51,545 nt of DNA, taken from the sequence record MZ333132.1. The stretch is one strand, 5' to 3'. The first letter of the stretch is position 1, and every line of letters starts with the position of its first letter. Below are positions 39,478 to 48,288 of the stretch, piece after piece. This DNA comes from Erwinia phage Snitter. The position numbers were made by a program, and so were the translations under genes. The notes under the pieces are model-generated. The model was not told the origin of the DNA, did no database searches, and worked only from the letters and a program-made list of their open reading frames with translations.

Positions 39478-39993
39478 TTAGAGAGATGAAAGAATGTCCT
39501 TTACCGCGCCCTTAAGGACTTCAGCATCATTCGAAGCGGCTGAGGATGAGGCGCTTGTTTCGACTGTGATTGATGCTGGCTTGTCAATACCCATCTCTTT
39601 TCCGATGAAGGAAGCATTAATGATCCCGTTAGATGCGAGCTGGAATTTCTGCTCATAGATAACCGAATCTATGTACTCCATGACCGGGCCGTAAGCCTCA
39701 TCCCTACGCCACTTCACCAGGACAGCCTCGCTAACTCCAGCAAACAGGCGGAAGCCAACAACCGTAAAAACGCGAACCTTGTTTACTTTCGATTCACTTA
39801 CCCGCCCCTGGAAAGCGGCAGTCTCTGCGGCCTTGATGGATGAGGACTCAGCCCATTCGAAATACTTCACAGCCAACTCATACAGGTGCTCAGGCGTCAT
39901 TGATTGCTTTGAGTTGGGCCCGAAAAGGTCGCCGTATTTCTGATTGTACAGGCGCTTGAAGTTCCTGCCATCCGATTCATGTTCGTACTTTGC
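39478..39993 (-). CDS. terS: Terminase small subunit
   Basis: Upstream of TerL; start MAKYEHESDG within ORF 39478..40065. Confidence 0.75.
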   Translation of the reverse strand, partial: AKYEHESDGRNFKRLYNQKYGDLFGPNSKQSMTPEHLYELAVKYFEWAESSSIKAAETAAFQGRVSESKVNKVRVFTVVGFRLFAGVSEAVLVKWRRDEAYGPVMEYIDSVIYEQKFQLASNGIINASFIGKEMGIDKPASITVETSASSSAASNDAEVLKGAVKDILSSL

Positions 39994-40051
39994 CATGATT
40001 TTTAATCCCTTTGATTGTTTCGTTTTACTGAGTATACCAGATTGCAGACGT

Positions 40052-40075
40052 AAAAAAACCCGCATAAGCGGGTTG
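40052..40075 (-). terminator. Intrinsic terminator upstream of terminase genes
   Basis: Minus strand AACCCGCTTATGCGGGTTTTTTTA. Confidence 0.8.
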
Positions 40076-40080
40076 GTTTA

Positions 40081-40299
40081 TCAGTCAATGTACTTGATTG
40101 CGCCTGGTTTCTCAAACCGCCGGGCGCGGTAGCCATTAAAGATTTTATCCAGATTGCCTCGAACACGGTAAGTGTCTTTTTCCTTATCGTGATATACGCT
40201 GGCGATCATGTCTTTCTTGTGACCGAATTTGCAGAGCAACTTAGCCAAAAACAGCAGCAATGCAGAGCCGACTACCACGCCTAACAAGAATAAGATCAT
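40081..40299 (-). CDS. Small membrane protein
   Basis: MILFLLGVVVGSALLLFLAKLLCKFG. Confidence 0.55.
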   Translation of the reverse strand: MILFLLGVVVGSALLLFLAKLLCKFGHKKDMIASVYHDKEKDTYRVRGNLDKIFNGYRARRFEKPGAIKYID

Positions 40300-40484
40300 A
40301 GTGAAACCTCTTTGATTGATTGAATTTTGAATTGATGCGTTGCTTCATTATACCGCGATGCGGCTTTGGCCTTTGAGATCGCTTGCTCAATAGACTCGGC
40401 GTTAATGTCGCCTTCAAAATGCGTTGTGCAACTTGTGCAACGCTTACCCATTTTATGGATGGATGCTTTAACGTGATATTTCAT
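40296..40484 (-). CDS. Small hypothetical protein
   Basis: Coupled ATGA overlap with next ORF. Confidence 0.5.
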   Translation of the reverse strand: MKYHVKASIHKMGKRCTSCTTHFEGDINAESIEQAISKAKAASRYNEATHQFKIQSIKEVSL

Positions 40485-40806
40485 TTTTACCCCGTCCTGA
40501 ATTTATGCCCATTATTAATCAGGCCGGGCCAGTCCGCCAGATTCGGTTACAGGGAACTGGAATACCCCGAAAGCGCATTGGCCGTTAGGCTGCTACTTTG
40601 AACTCAGTGTCATTTGCATTTATTTTGTTTGGTTCGTTTTATAAAACCCGCAAAAGTTGCTGCGACAATGAAAACTATCGGAAAGAGCACTAAGTGGAAT
40701 GTTTCATGCTAATCATCCTCGGATGATAGCCATTAATGCTCTTACCTGATATTTGCTGGTTACGTTATCCAGCGCTCTTGGTGTGAGCCGTGTACCTGCT
40801 AACTTC

Positions 40807-40882
40807 TGGCGGGCCATCCTGGAATCGAACCAGGTAATTCTCGGATTAACAGTCCGGCGCATGTCCAACTTGCTAATAGCCC
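40807..40882 (-). tRNA. tRNA-Asn (GUU), encoded CCA
   Basis: Minus strand GGGCTAT...CTGTTAA...CCTGG-TTCGATT-CCAGG-ATGGCCC-G-CCA; acceptor pairs 7/7 with one G-T, discriminator G. Confidence 0.9.
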
Positions 40883-41114
40883 TTATTCATCCGGTTACTG
40901 GTGTCCGGGGCGCTTCCACAATGCGCAGGTAGTTTACAGACTTCTCGGTCACAAATACACGCCTTGATGCGGCGCTATCAGATTTGCCGAAGGTTGCGCT
41001 AAGTCGCTGTTAGGCTTCCGCTATTCATCTCCCCCGTCCGACAATTTGAATATTAGACCAGTCAGCGAGGCGATGCAACAATTAATTTCGACTCGCTTAC
41101 CGTTTGCTTACTTT

Positions 41115-41384
41115 TTACTCGTAATCAGTCACGCCACCACCGAAACGACCCTGCATGTAACCACACAGCCAAACAAACTGTTCCTTCTTCATCAGGGTTT
41201 CAACCTTGCTGTAACCCTTGATGATGAATGCCGGGGCAAGCTCGTTATATTTTGCAGACCTGTCGTTACCCTTCGTTCCTGATTCCTCTAGGGCTTTCTT
41301 GAGATCATCTCCTACAGCCTTTGCCGCCTTCTTCGCGATATTATAGTTTGGCTCGCTCATCCCGAACATAATCAGATCTCCCAC
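41115..41384 (-). CDS. Hypothetical protein
   Basis: ORF in early-type operon. Confidence 0.5.
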   Translation of the reverse strand: MGDLIMFGMSEPNYNIAKKAAKAVGDDLKKALEESGTKGNDRSAKYNELAPAFIIKGYSKVETLMKKEQFVWLCGYMQGRFGGGVTDYE

Positions 41385-41689
41385 TCTACAAGCTGGCCGA
41401 TCTCGATTGACACCTCAGCAGCCATATTAGGCAAGTTCTTGCTTTTCCATGGCTTGCCTGAAAGGAGCACAATACAATCTTCGTGAACCTCGATCCGGTT
41501 TGGCTTGATGGAGACCGAGCGGTTAATTACGTCGGGGTTATATGCCTTCATGCATTGGCACCCTGGAAGGTGCGCACAGTTAGCGCTGCCAATAGCCATG
41601 ATCAGGCTACCCTTCTCAACTACAATGCCAGTTAGTCGAGCGCCAGCGGGCATCTCTTCAATCTTTCCAATTTTCTTTTCCATCTGCAT
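41372..41689 (-). CDS. Hypothetical protein
   Basis: ORF overlapping next by 13 nt. Confidence 0.5.
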   Translation of the reverse strand: MQMEKKIGKIEEMPAGARLTGIVVEKGSLIMAIGSANCAHLPGCQCMKAYNPDVINRSVSIKPNRIEVHEDCIVLLSGKPWKSKNLPNMAAEVSIEIGQLVEWEI

Positions 41690-41755
41690 TACTCCAAATA
41701 AGTGCTCTTAAAACGCCGCACGTTGCGAATGCGGCACTATGAATTCAAGCTTAAA

Positions 41756-42136
41756 TCAGTCCTCGCTGCCAGACCATTTACCGCAAGCCGGATCAATCTT
41801 GCCGTCGAAAATATTCGCGAGGTTATTCATCAGTGCGACCTTTGCAAGATCCCACTCAACCGAACCAGGCTCACTGCGAATCCCGGCGTATGCAGTGCCG
41901 TCAAGCGCCTCAGAGATTTCACACATAATCACTTCTCGCAAATACTCTTGATGAGAAATCGCATCATCTCGATCGCTGCTTACTGACTCCACATCCTGGG
42001 CTACGATGATTGCACCGCCAAGAAGTTGCATGTTGTCGAAAGCCTGTTTCTTGTCGCTCTCTGAGTAAACAGAGCACGCTTCCCGGCGATTCTTAGCGCC
42101 ACCAACAATGTATTTATGAATATAGTATTTAGACAT
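41756..42136 (-). CDS. Hypothetical protein
   Basis: ORF in operon. Confidence 0.5.
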   Translation of the reverse strand: MSKYYIHKYIVGGAKNRREACSVYSESDKKQAFDNMQLLGGAIIVAQDVESVSSDRDDAISHQEYLREVIMCEISEALDGTAYAGIRSEPGSVEWDLAKVALMNNLANIFDGKIDPACGKWSGSED

Positions 42137-42344
42137 CCGGCAATTCCTCTAAGATTTTGAACTCAGTGTGATTTAAAAGAGTACCCTCACCATTAACCCA
42201 CATCCACACAGCGCCATTGTCGGAAAGCTCAGCCTCAACAATGTCGCCAGTTTTGAAACCCTGCCATTCGGCAAGTGAAAGCTCTTCGGCGTCGTGTCTG
42301 TAGTTTACATCCCGAAGAGCTATCTTGATTTTCTTTTCTGCCAT
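42129..42344 (-). CDS. Hypothetical protein
   Basis: ORF, overlap with next gene. Confidence 0.5.
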   Translation of the reverse strand: MAEKKIKIALRDVNYRHDAEELSLAEWQGFKTGDIVEAELSDNGAVWMWVNGEGTLLNHTEFKILEELPDV

Positions 42345-42373
42345 GATGATTATCCTCTCGTTTCGTTAAAACA

Positions 42374-42415
42374 ATAATACCCCCATGAAGGGGGCATTGT
42401 TTAACATTTCGTGCT
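42374..42415 (-). promoter_or_regulatory. Dyad + 21 bp + TATTAT element, with GC stem
   Basis: Minus strand TAGCACGAAATGTTA-N21-TATTAT; stem GCCCC..GGGG(G); coordinates within 1 nt. Confidence 0.8.
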
Positions 42416-42713
42416 ATTGCTCGGAAACCTTAATCAGAGCATCTGCCATAGCGCGGATCGCTTTTGCGTGCTCAACGATGTTGTCGCCGTCCGGGCAACG
42501 AAGAGCCTGGCGAACCTGCAACAGCGCGTTAATGTTTTCGTTATCCGTCAACATCACAGATTGAATGGTTCCGGGCTGAATTAGCGCCTCTTCAATGAAT
42601 TCTTCCCACTTGGCTGGCGATGCCATGCTGATAACGCCAGCATTGCAAAGCGATGCAACGCAATCGTGCTCGTACTGGCGAGACTCTTTGGTGATTTTGT
42701 TTAGATCTTGCAT
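42414..42713 (-). CDS. Hypothetical protein
   Basis: ORF ending at the regulatory dyad. Confidence 0.5.
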   Translation of the reverse strand: MQDLNKITKESRQYEHDCVASLCNAGVISMASPAKWEEFIEEALIQPGTIQSVMLTDNENINALLQVRQALRCPDGDNIVEHAKAIRAMADALIKVSEQ

Positions 42714-42813
42714 GATGATTCCTTAAATTATGAACAGGTGGAATACAACCCACCGGGTTAACGCTACTGCCAGCAGGAATGCCAGCAGTATGCTTGCGAG
42801 ATAATTAAACAAT

Positions 42814-43395
42814 CTATTCGATAAGCCCTGTTTCGTTAGCGATGCGCATTGCGTCAGATTCGATCTGTCCATTGCTAAGGGTGATGTCGTATTGATGCAC
42901 GTTATCCGGCCCTGGGGAGAAGTGGATATGATCGCGAGAGTCCTTGCTGAAGTCGAACCCATGACGATGAAGCCGCACAAGATGAATCGTATGCTTTCGA
43001 CCGTCAACTTCATGATCAGCCAGCGCAAGAACCTCATCAGGGAAACCGCCGTCAGACATCACGACACATTCCTCGCTGACTGGCATCCCTTCAGCAACCA
43101 GGATTCCAAATTGCATCTTGCTGGTACACGGCTTGACAAAATCCTCGCTGATGAAGATCAGGAATTCGCGTGGCGATTTACCATTCAGCCATTCGATGGG
43201 CTGCTCTTTTGTCTGGCGGTCATTATAAAGCGCCATGAAGTTATCGAATCGACTTCCAAGAACAACCTTGGCGATCTCGAACATCGGTTCTTTGAATGAC
43301 TTAACCTCGTCAACGTAGCAGTTATTCCACAGCCAGTTAGCTAAGGTGTCTTTGCCGCAACCAGGCGGGCCGTTGAGGATTATGATCTGAGCCAT
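42814..43395 (-). CDS. Deoxynucleoside monophosphate kinase-like P-loop protein
   Basis: IIILNGPPGCGKDTLANWLW; SDGGFPDEVLAL. Confidence 0.7.
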   Translation of the reverse strand: MAQIIILNGPPGCGKDTLANWLWNNCYVDEVKSFKEPMFEIAKVVLGSRFDNFMALYNDRQTKEQPIEWLNGKSPREFLIFISEDFVKPCTSKMQFGILVAEGMPVSEECVVMSDGGFPDEVLALADHEVDGRKHTIHLVRLHRHGFDFSKDSRDHIHFSPGPDNVHQYDITLSNGQIESDAMRIANETGLIE

Positions 43396-43488
43396 TATTC
43401 GCCATCCTTAACAGGCGGTGCGCCAGCGCCAAAAAATGCTTCAAACATTGAGGTTTCCATAATTTATCCTTCCAGTGAGTGAGATTTT

Positions 43489-43531
43489 ATAATACCCGAA
43501 ATAATCCGGGCATGTTTAGCAATTAGTGCTT
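43489..43531 (-). promoter_or_regulatory. Dyad + 22 bp + TATTAT element, with GC stem
   Basis: Minus strand AAGCACTAATTGCTA-N22-TATTAT; stem CCCGG..CGGG. Confidence 0.8.
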
Positions 43532-44080
43532 TTCGTGCGCGTCGTTATTGATGTCCGGGCGCTTGCTTACATCACCATAATCGACAACGGCGTAAGTCGT
43601 GATCCCCAGGTTTCGGAAGGTGCGGATAACCTCGGGGCTGTCGTCAAATGCGCAGGTGATCCGGCTGAGGCCGACAGACCAAACAAACTCTTCCTTGATA
43701 ACGGTGTCCTTTCGATTGTCCTCATGCGATCGCATGAAAAGGAAATCGTATTGAACGCCATTTATTGCCAGCCAATTTTTTGTTACTGACTCTGCAATAT
43801 CACTTCTTCCAGTTAAGATGATGATCGTTGCGCCCGCCTGGCGAAGCATACTGACAACCTTGATTGTCTTCTTGAATGGAAGGTCGTACACTGCCGCGAG
43901 ATTAAACTCAGTCCAGGTTTTGGTGAGGTGAGTGTTCTCAGTTGGCAGAAGGTGAAGACGTCCGCGACCATCTGACAGAGTGCCATCAAGATCAACGATA
44001 ACGATATTTTTTAAATCTTGATCCTGGATGAAGGCAACCAGGCGCTTTAATTTTTGGGTGTAACCCTCGAAAGTATTCAT
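43523..44080 (-). CDS. HAD-family phosphatase, T4 PseT C-domain-like (3'-polynucleotide phosphatase type)
   Basis: IVIVDLDGTLSDGRGR, IIILTGRSD, FMRSHEDNRKDTVIKEEF, CAFDDSPEV; start MNTFEGYTQ with GAGGA SD. Confidence 0.75.
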   Translation of the reverse strand: MNTFEGYTQKLKRLVAFIQDQDLKNIVIVDLDGTLSDGRGRLHLLPTENTHLTKTWTEFNLAAVYDLPFKKTIKVVSMLRQAGATIIILTGRSDIAESVTKNWLAINGVQYDFLFMRSHEDNRKDTVIKEEFVWSVGLSRITCAFDDSPEVIRTFRNLGITTYAVVDYGDVSKRPDINNDAHEKH

Positions 44081-44107
44081 CGGTATTCCTCTTGTTTTGG
44101 AGACTAA

Positions 44108-44151
44108 ATAATAACCCGACCGCGCTTCATTGTCTTTAGCAAATCGTGCTA
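44108..44151 (-). promoter_or_regulatory. Dyad + 23 bp + TATTAT element (leftward)
   Basis: Minus strand TAGCACGATTTGCTA-N23-TATTAT. Confidence 0.65.
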
Positions 44152-44155
44152 TAAT
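44137..44155 (+). promoter_or_regulatory. Extended -10 promoter (rightward) sharing the same dyad
   Basis: TAGCAAATCGTGCTATAAT: TGC-TATAAT. Confidence 0.6.
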
Positions 44156-44183
44156 CGCCACTCAATAGCAAAGGAGTAATATT

Positions 44184-45110
44184 ATGATAAGCAAGAGAAA
44201 TGTGTACGTCGGCATGGTCATTCCACCTGATATAGGCAGGCGCGTTAGCGGGAACCCCCCGGTTATCCCTATCGATCCGGTTAACCTGGCATCATCAACG
44301 CTCGACAGTCGAGTATCGATGTCCGGTTCTGGCCTGTACGCGCACATCACCAGCGGCGGGCTAATCCAGTCCCACAACGCGAACCAATGGCCGCTTTCAT
44401 ACGTTGACGGCATGGCGGCTGGAAGACTACCGCCAGAAGATGCGGCAAACAACATGGTGAAGGATTTCAACTTTGACGTAATGGGCCAAAGCAATAACAG
44501 CGACTGGATGTCGCCAACCTACACTTCCGACAGGCTAATAGAAAATGGCGGGATCGCAGGATTGAGAGCGCTTGAGACTAACCTGGACTGGAACAAGGGA
44601 GGCTATTACCGTAACGGCGCCTGGCTGTATACGCCTGAGTCACTGCAATACGTTAGTAATCAGGTTGGCAACTACACAAGGAAGAGCGTTGCGATGGAGA
44701 TAACCGGGCCTAGCCTGGCGGATCGAGCTTACCTGGCCCGAAAGGACGCGTCGAACTATGTTTATTACAAGGTTGCGGACGGGATAGACTCTTCGGAAAC
44801 GAATTACCGCACCATGTCAAAATTCACTATTGCAGGCCGATCCGGCACGGAAAACATGTCGATGCCTCAGATTGAATTCTCCCAGGTAGCAACATCACCG
44901 ATACTTAACGCCAACGGCATTCGATCTGCAAGGGTGATAACCGTTACTCAGCCGGGCGCTGAAAGTGCAAGGGTTTACCTGGTGAATGGCGCTTCTGAGT
45001 ATGTTACGATATACCCGAACAACACAACAGACGGAGTTTTCACTATCCCGGCTGATAACACTCGCGAATGGGGAACCTACTTCATCTCGCGCATCGAATT
45101 TCAACAATAA
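44184..45110 (+). CDS. Hypothetical, virion-like protein
   Basis: 308 aa beta-rich sequence; divergent island. Confidence 0.6.
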   Translation: MISKRNVYVGMVIPPDIGRRVSGNPPVIPIDPVNLASSTLDSRVSMSGSGLYAHITSGGLIQSHNANQWPLSYVDGMAAGRLPPEDAANNMVKDFNFDVMGQSNNSDWMSPTYTSDRLIENGGIAGLRALETNLDWNKGGYYRNGAWLYTPESLQYVSNQVGNYTRKSVAMEITGPSLADRAYLARKDASNYVYYKVADGIDSSETNYRTMSKFTIAGRSGTENMSMPQIEFSQVATSPILNANGIRSARVITVTQPGAESARVYLVNGASEYVTIYPNNTTDGVFTIPADNTREWGTYFISRIEFQQ

Positions 45111-45120
45111 GGATTGAATT

Positions 45121-45384
45121 ATGTCTTCCACAACGAATTACGTTGAGCTTTATCAGAAAGGCTTTGTACGGGTATCATCTGACGCCAATGAGGGCAAGGT
45201 CGTGACCATCCAACCGCAAGGCGGCATGTGTTGGGTAAAAGTCTACTCCCAGGGAACCACAAGCGAAGGGACGGCGGCGGTAAGGCTGCTTGACTATCAG
45301 CCATTGACTATTGCAGGCGGCGAGCTTATCGACGTAATGGGCCAGGCTGGCTGCGTCGTTATCGAAGTTCTTCCATCAGCATGA
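45121..45384 (+). CDS. Hypothetical small beta-rich protein
   Basis: 87 aa; coupled to previous gene and followed by a strong terminator. Confidence 0.6.
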   Translation: MSSTTNYVELYQKGFVRVSSDANEGKVVTIQPQGGMCWVKVYSQGTTSEGTAAVRLLDYQPLTIAGGELIDVMGQAGCVVIEVLPSA

Positions 45385-45385
45385 C

Positions 45386-45410
45386 AAAGCCCCCAATTGG
45401 GGGCTTTTTT
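45386..45410 (+). terminator. Intrinsic terminator
   Basis: AAAGCCCCCAATTGGGGGCTTTTTT. Confidence 0.9.
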
Positions 45411-45411
45411 G

Positions 45412-45639
45412 TTACTCAACCGTGGAGAATGACGCACTTGGGTGTACGCTTTTGGTGTAATACCAAACATCTCCGCTATTACCCGAATAAACCTCGCCAG
45501 ATTGGATTTCCCACATACCCTGATCGTTTGAATCGATCTGCATGGCACCATCGAACGATCCGCCCACCTGAGCGGTGTATTCCTGGCCCTGAGTCCATCT
45601 GGATTTATTCTTGCTCCAGGTGCATTTCATCTTGATCAT
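45412..45639 (-). CDS. Hypothetical protein
   Basis: 75 aa, convergent with 45121..45384. Confidence 0.45.
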   Translation of the reverse strand: MIKMKCTWSKNKSRWTQGQEYTAQVGGSFDGAMQIDSNDQGMWEIQSGEVYSGNSGDVWYYTKSVHPSASFSTVE

Positions 45640-45641
45640 GA

Positions 45642-46121
45642 TTAATCCCAGTAGCTCATTTCAGTTTCCACGATCTCGTCGAAATCATCCTGGCACATCA
45701 TCACAGGATATTTCGCATTCCCGGTTGAGTCGTAAGAAAGAAACTCAGCATCCTCCAGGCAATCGACCAGCCATTTTGCGTGTCGGCGGCACCAGCTACG
45801 ATGCTGCTTGCGCGTCTTGAAGCCGGGCTTCTTGCCAATCCATGACTCTGTTGCCTTGCGGAACGCGCGGTTCATTCGCTGCAATGGCGTCTTGATAATC
45901 GGCTTGAAGTGTGCGCACTGAGCATGCTCGAATCCCACACCAAAAGACTCTCCGAACTTCTGAGTAGTTGTGCTGCCGAAGCATTTCCGGGTGCTTTTGT
46001 CGTCGTGAAGTTTGATTGAATTACCCACTTTAAGGCATGAGTAAATCTTACCCTCTGTGAATGGTAGGCCTTCTTCAGTGCGGTGACAAATAGCCTTGAA
46101 ACTCTTGTCTTTGATTTTCAT
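45642..46121 (-). CDS. Hypothetical protein
   Basis: 159 aa. Confidence 0.55.
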   Translation of the reverse strand: MKIKDKSFKAICHRTEEGLPFTEGKIYSCLKVGNSIKLHDDKSTRKCFGSTTTQKFGESFGVGFEHAQCAHFKPIIKTPLQRMNRAFRKATESWIGKKPGFKTRKQHRSWCRRHAKWLVDCLEDAEFLSYDSTGNAKYPVMMCQDDFDEIVETEMSYWD

Positions 46122-46178
46122 GTCAATGTCCTCTTTGTTGCGCCGACCAGCTTAGCATACCAGTCAGCGCGGGTAAGT

Positions 46179-46574
46179 TTATCGGAATGGAATCTCGTCG
46201 AATTCGGCATCATCCGCTTCATCATCCAGGCGAATAACCTGCTTATCTTGCTTCACCAGATCGCGATCGTCCATCAGGTCACCATCTCGCGGCGCGGCCA
46301 GGAAACGAAGTCCGGCAATGGCGTTAATCACCTCCTGCTCCTTGCGATAGCTCTCAGCCCTCATCTCTGCTAGTTGCTGCTCAAGAGACTGAACCCCCAA
46401 CTCAACCACACCCTCTGGCAACTCGACATCAATAGCAACCTCCTTAATGTTAACATGATCTTTACTGAATGTTGAGTAATCCATGGTTGAAACCTGGATT
46501 GATTGATTAATGTCTTTCGTTTCGCCCAGGGTTTTAACGTTAAGAAGAACGTAACATTTGGCTTGATATTTCAT
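46179..46574 (-). CDS. Hypothetical protein
   Basis: 131 aa, downstream of regulatory element. Confidence 0.55.
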   Translation of the reverse strand: MKYQAKCYVLLNVKTLGETKDINQSIQVSTMDYSTFSKDHVNIKEVAIDVELPEGVVELGVQSLEQQLAEMRAESYRKEQEVINAIAGLRFLAAPRDGDLMDDRDLVKQDKQVIRLDDEADDAEFDEIPFR

Positions 46575-46616
46575 TTCGGTTGTCTCTCTTAAGGTGGCGT
46601 TGTTGCCGTGAAAGTA

Positions 46617-46659
46617 ATATTACACGGCATCAGAGATGAGCGTTTAACAAAAAGTGCTA
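46617..46659 (-). promoter_or_regulatory. Dyad + 22 bp + TAATAT element
   Basis: Minus strand TAGCACTTTTTGTTA-N22-TAATAT; dyad overlaps TAG stop. Confidence 0.7.
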
Positions 46660-47010
46660 TCCGAGATCGTCACTATCGGCGATTCGGTTGCATGAGGTAA
46701 TGTTGACACCATCAATGCCGCTGCTGATCTCGATCTTCTTCTCCATCAACTCGATGTCCTGGAAAGTTGGCGGTAGCCCGTCCTGGCGGTAGTTGAAGAA
46801 TCTACCATGCCCGCGAGTGTGAGAGTAGCCCATGAGGTAAACCTGGTATTTATTTTCAGCCTTTGGCTTAATGGCTCGGATAAGAGACTCAGCCATGTTT
46901 GACAGCTCGCCAGATTTAATCATCACCGCACCTTCAGGCCCGTACTTTTCACGCCATGATGCCAGCTCGCGCAGCCTGTCCAGGCTGATGAATTTAGTTT
47001 CGTCTTTCAT
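46657..47010 (-). CDS. Hypothetical protein
   Basis: 117 aa. Confidence 0.55.
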   Translation of the reverse strand: MKDETKFISLDRLRELASWREKYGPEGAVMIKSGELSNMAESLIRAIKPKAENKYQVYLMGYSHTRGHGRFFNYRQDGLPPTFQDIELMEKKIEISSGIDGVNITSCNRIADSDDLG

Positions 47011-47207
47011 TTACGCTTTCTCCAAGGTGTGCGGCGCTTAGACTGCCAGTTCTCAACAGGATTACATGTTGGTTTTGCCGCAGGCCACTCGATAACGGGC
47101 GGGCTTTGGTGAATGACTGATTTAATGACTTGCACCTGTTCCATTCGAATAAGTGTGCGCATCAAAGAGGCTGAGCCAGGCCCGATTATCAGGATGTTTT
47201 TAGCGAT

Positions 47208-47873
47208 CTAATCGCCCTCCACGGTGAGGCCTTGCTTTGTTACAGCCTGAATAAACGCCGCTTGTAGCTCTTTAACAACGTGCGGTTTATAGCCGTCAAA
47301 TTCAGGCAGCTTAATCGCCTTGCAGCCGAGCGCTTTGGCGTCAGCAATTGCCCGGTTATACCACCCAGCATCACCGGCGAAGATTAATTGTCCTTTATAA
47401 AATCCTAGCCCATCAATATTTCGGACAATTTCAGGAGGCAACGCTGACGGCTGGGCGGCGGTGAAAAGTTCTTTCACGTCTTTAATCTTGCCAGTTTCGA
47501 CCATCCATTCTGGCGGGCATTCTCTGCTAAGCTCATATCGCCAGTCTTGGAATCCTTCGCTAGTCTCAACGCAAGCATAATGATAATGGTAAGCGAATGG
47601 CTCACCCGCTGCCGCATCACGTCGGGCAAGTTCGGCTTCTGCTGTTTCAGCTCGCTCCCTGAGAACGACTCGATCACTAATAAGCCTTGCAGCATGTTTT
47701 CGATGGTTGGCTTCAAGCTCAGTAATGCGCTGCTGAGCGACTTCCAGTTGGTCAATGACATCAAGAACCTTGCCGAACATGTCGTACTTTTCTTTTTCTT
47801 GCGTCGTCTCGCGGGCATCCTGCCAGATTAGCAATGACTTTCTTATCTCTTTCAGTTTATTTAGTTCGATCAT
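47208..47873 (-). CDS. Hypothetical protein with coiled-coil N-terminal part
   Basis: 221 aa; QEKEKYDMFGKVLDVIDQLEVAQQRITELEANHRKH. Confidence 0.6.
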   Translation of the reverse strand: MIELNKLKEIRKSLLIWQDARETTQEKEKYDMFGKVLDVIDQLEVAQQRITELEANHRKHAARLISDRVVLRERAETAEAELARRDAAAGEPFAYHYHYACVETSEGFQDWRYELSRECPPEWMVETGKIKDVKELFTAAQPSALPPEIVRNIDGLGFYKGQLIFAGDAGWYNRAIADAKALGCKAIKLPEFDGYKPHVVKELQAAFIQAVTKQGLTVEGD

Positions 47874-47882
47874 TGTAAATCC

Positions 47883-48068
47883 TTAGCCGCGATCGGCGAT
47901 TCTAATGTAAGTCTTGAGCATGGAGATTAAATCCATGCGGTTACGGTAGGCAAGTCCGTGACCTGCTATGACGGCAAACGCATGGTTTGCATTTTGAGCG
48001 CTTCCGCCCGCGTTGATGATGCGCATTGCATCCTTCGCAGCCAGGCCAGTTTTCTTGACTGTATCCAC
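47883..48068 (-). CDS. Small hypothetical protein
   Basis: Likely GTG start (VDTVKKTGLAAKDAM) with AGAGG SD. Confidence 0.45.
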   Translation of the reverse strand: MDTVKKTGLAAKDAMRIINAGGSAQNANHAFAVIAGHGLAYRNRMDLISMLKTYIRIADRG

Positions 48069-48097
48069 TGATTTACCCTCTTGTTTTCGATAAAACA

Positions 48098-48140
48098 ATT
48101 ATGCCCCATATCTAAGGGGCATGTTTTGCAATTCGTGCTA
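48098..48140 (-). promoter_or_regulatory. Dyad + 22 bp + CATAAT element, with GC stem
   Basis: Minus strand TAGCACGAATTGCAA-N22-CATAAT; stem GCCCC..GGGG. Confidence 0.75.
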
Positions 48141-48288
48141 TTTCACTGCTCGTACCATTCGATGCAAATGCGTCCAATCCAGATAGCCCTAAGACGCTGC
48201 CAATCGTGCGTAGTGGCGTACACTCCCCAATGCTTACGATTGGGTTGCCAGGTCACTGAAACCCACCAGAATCGGCTTACGCGGCGTT

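Noticed and set aside
41046-41282. Plus-strand 78-aa ORF near the tRNA region.
   Set aside because: Overlaps the better-supported minus-strand ORF 41115..41384 and lacks a ribosome site or recognisable motif.
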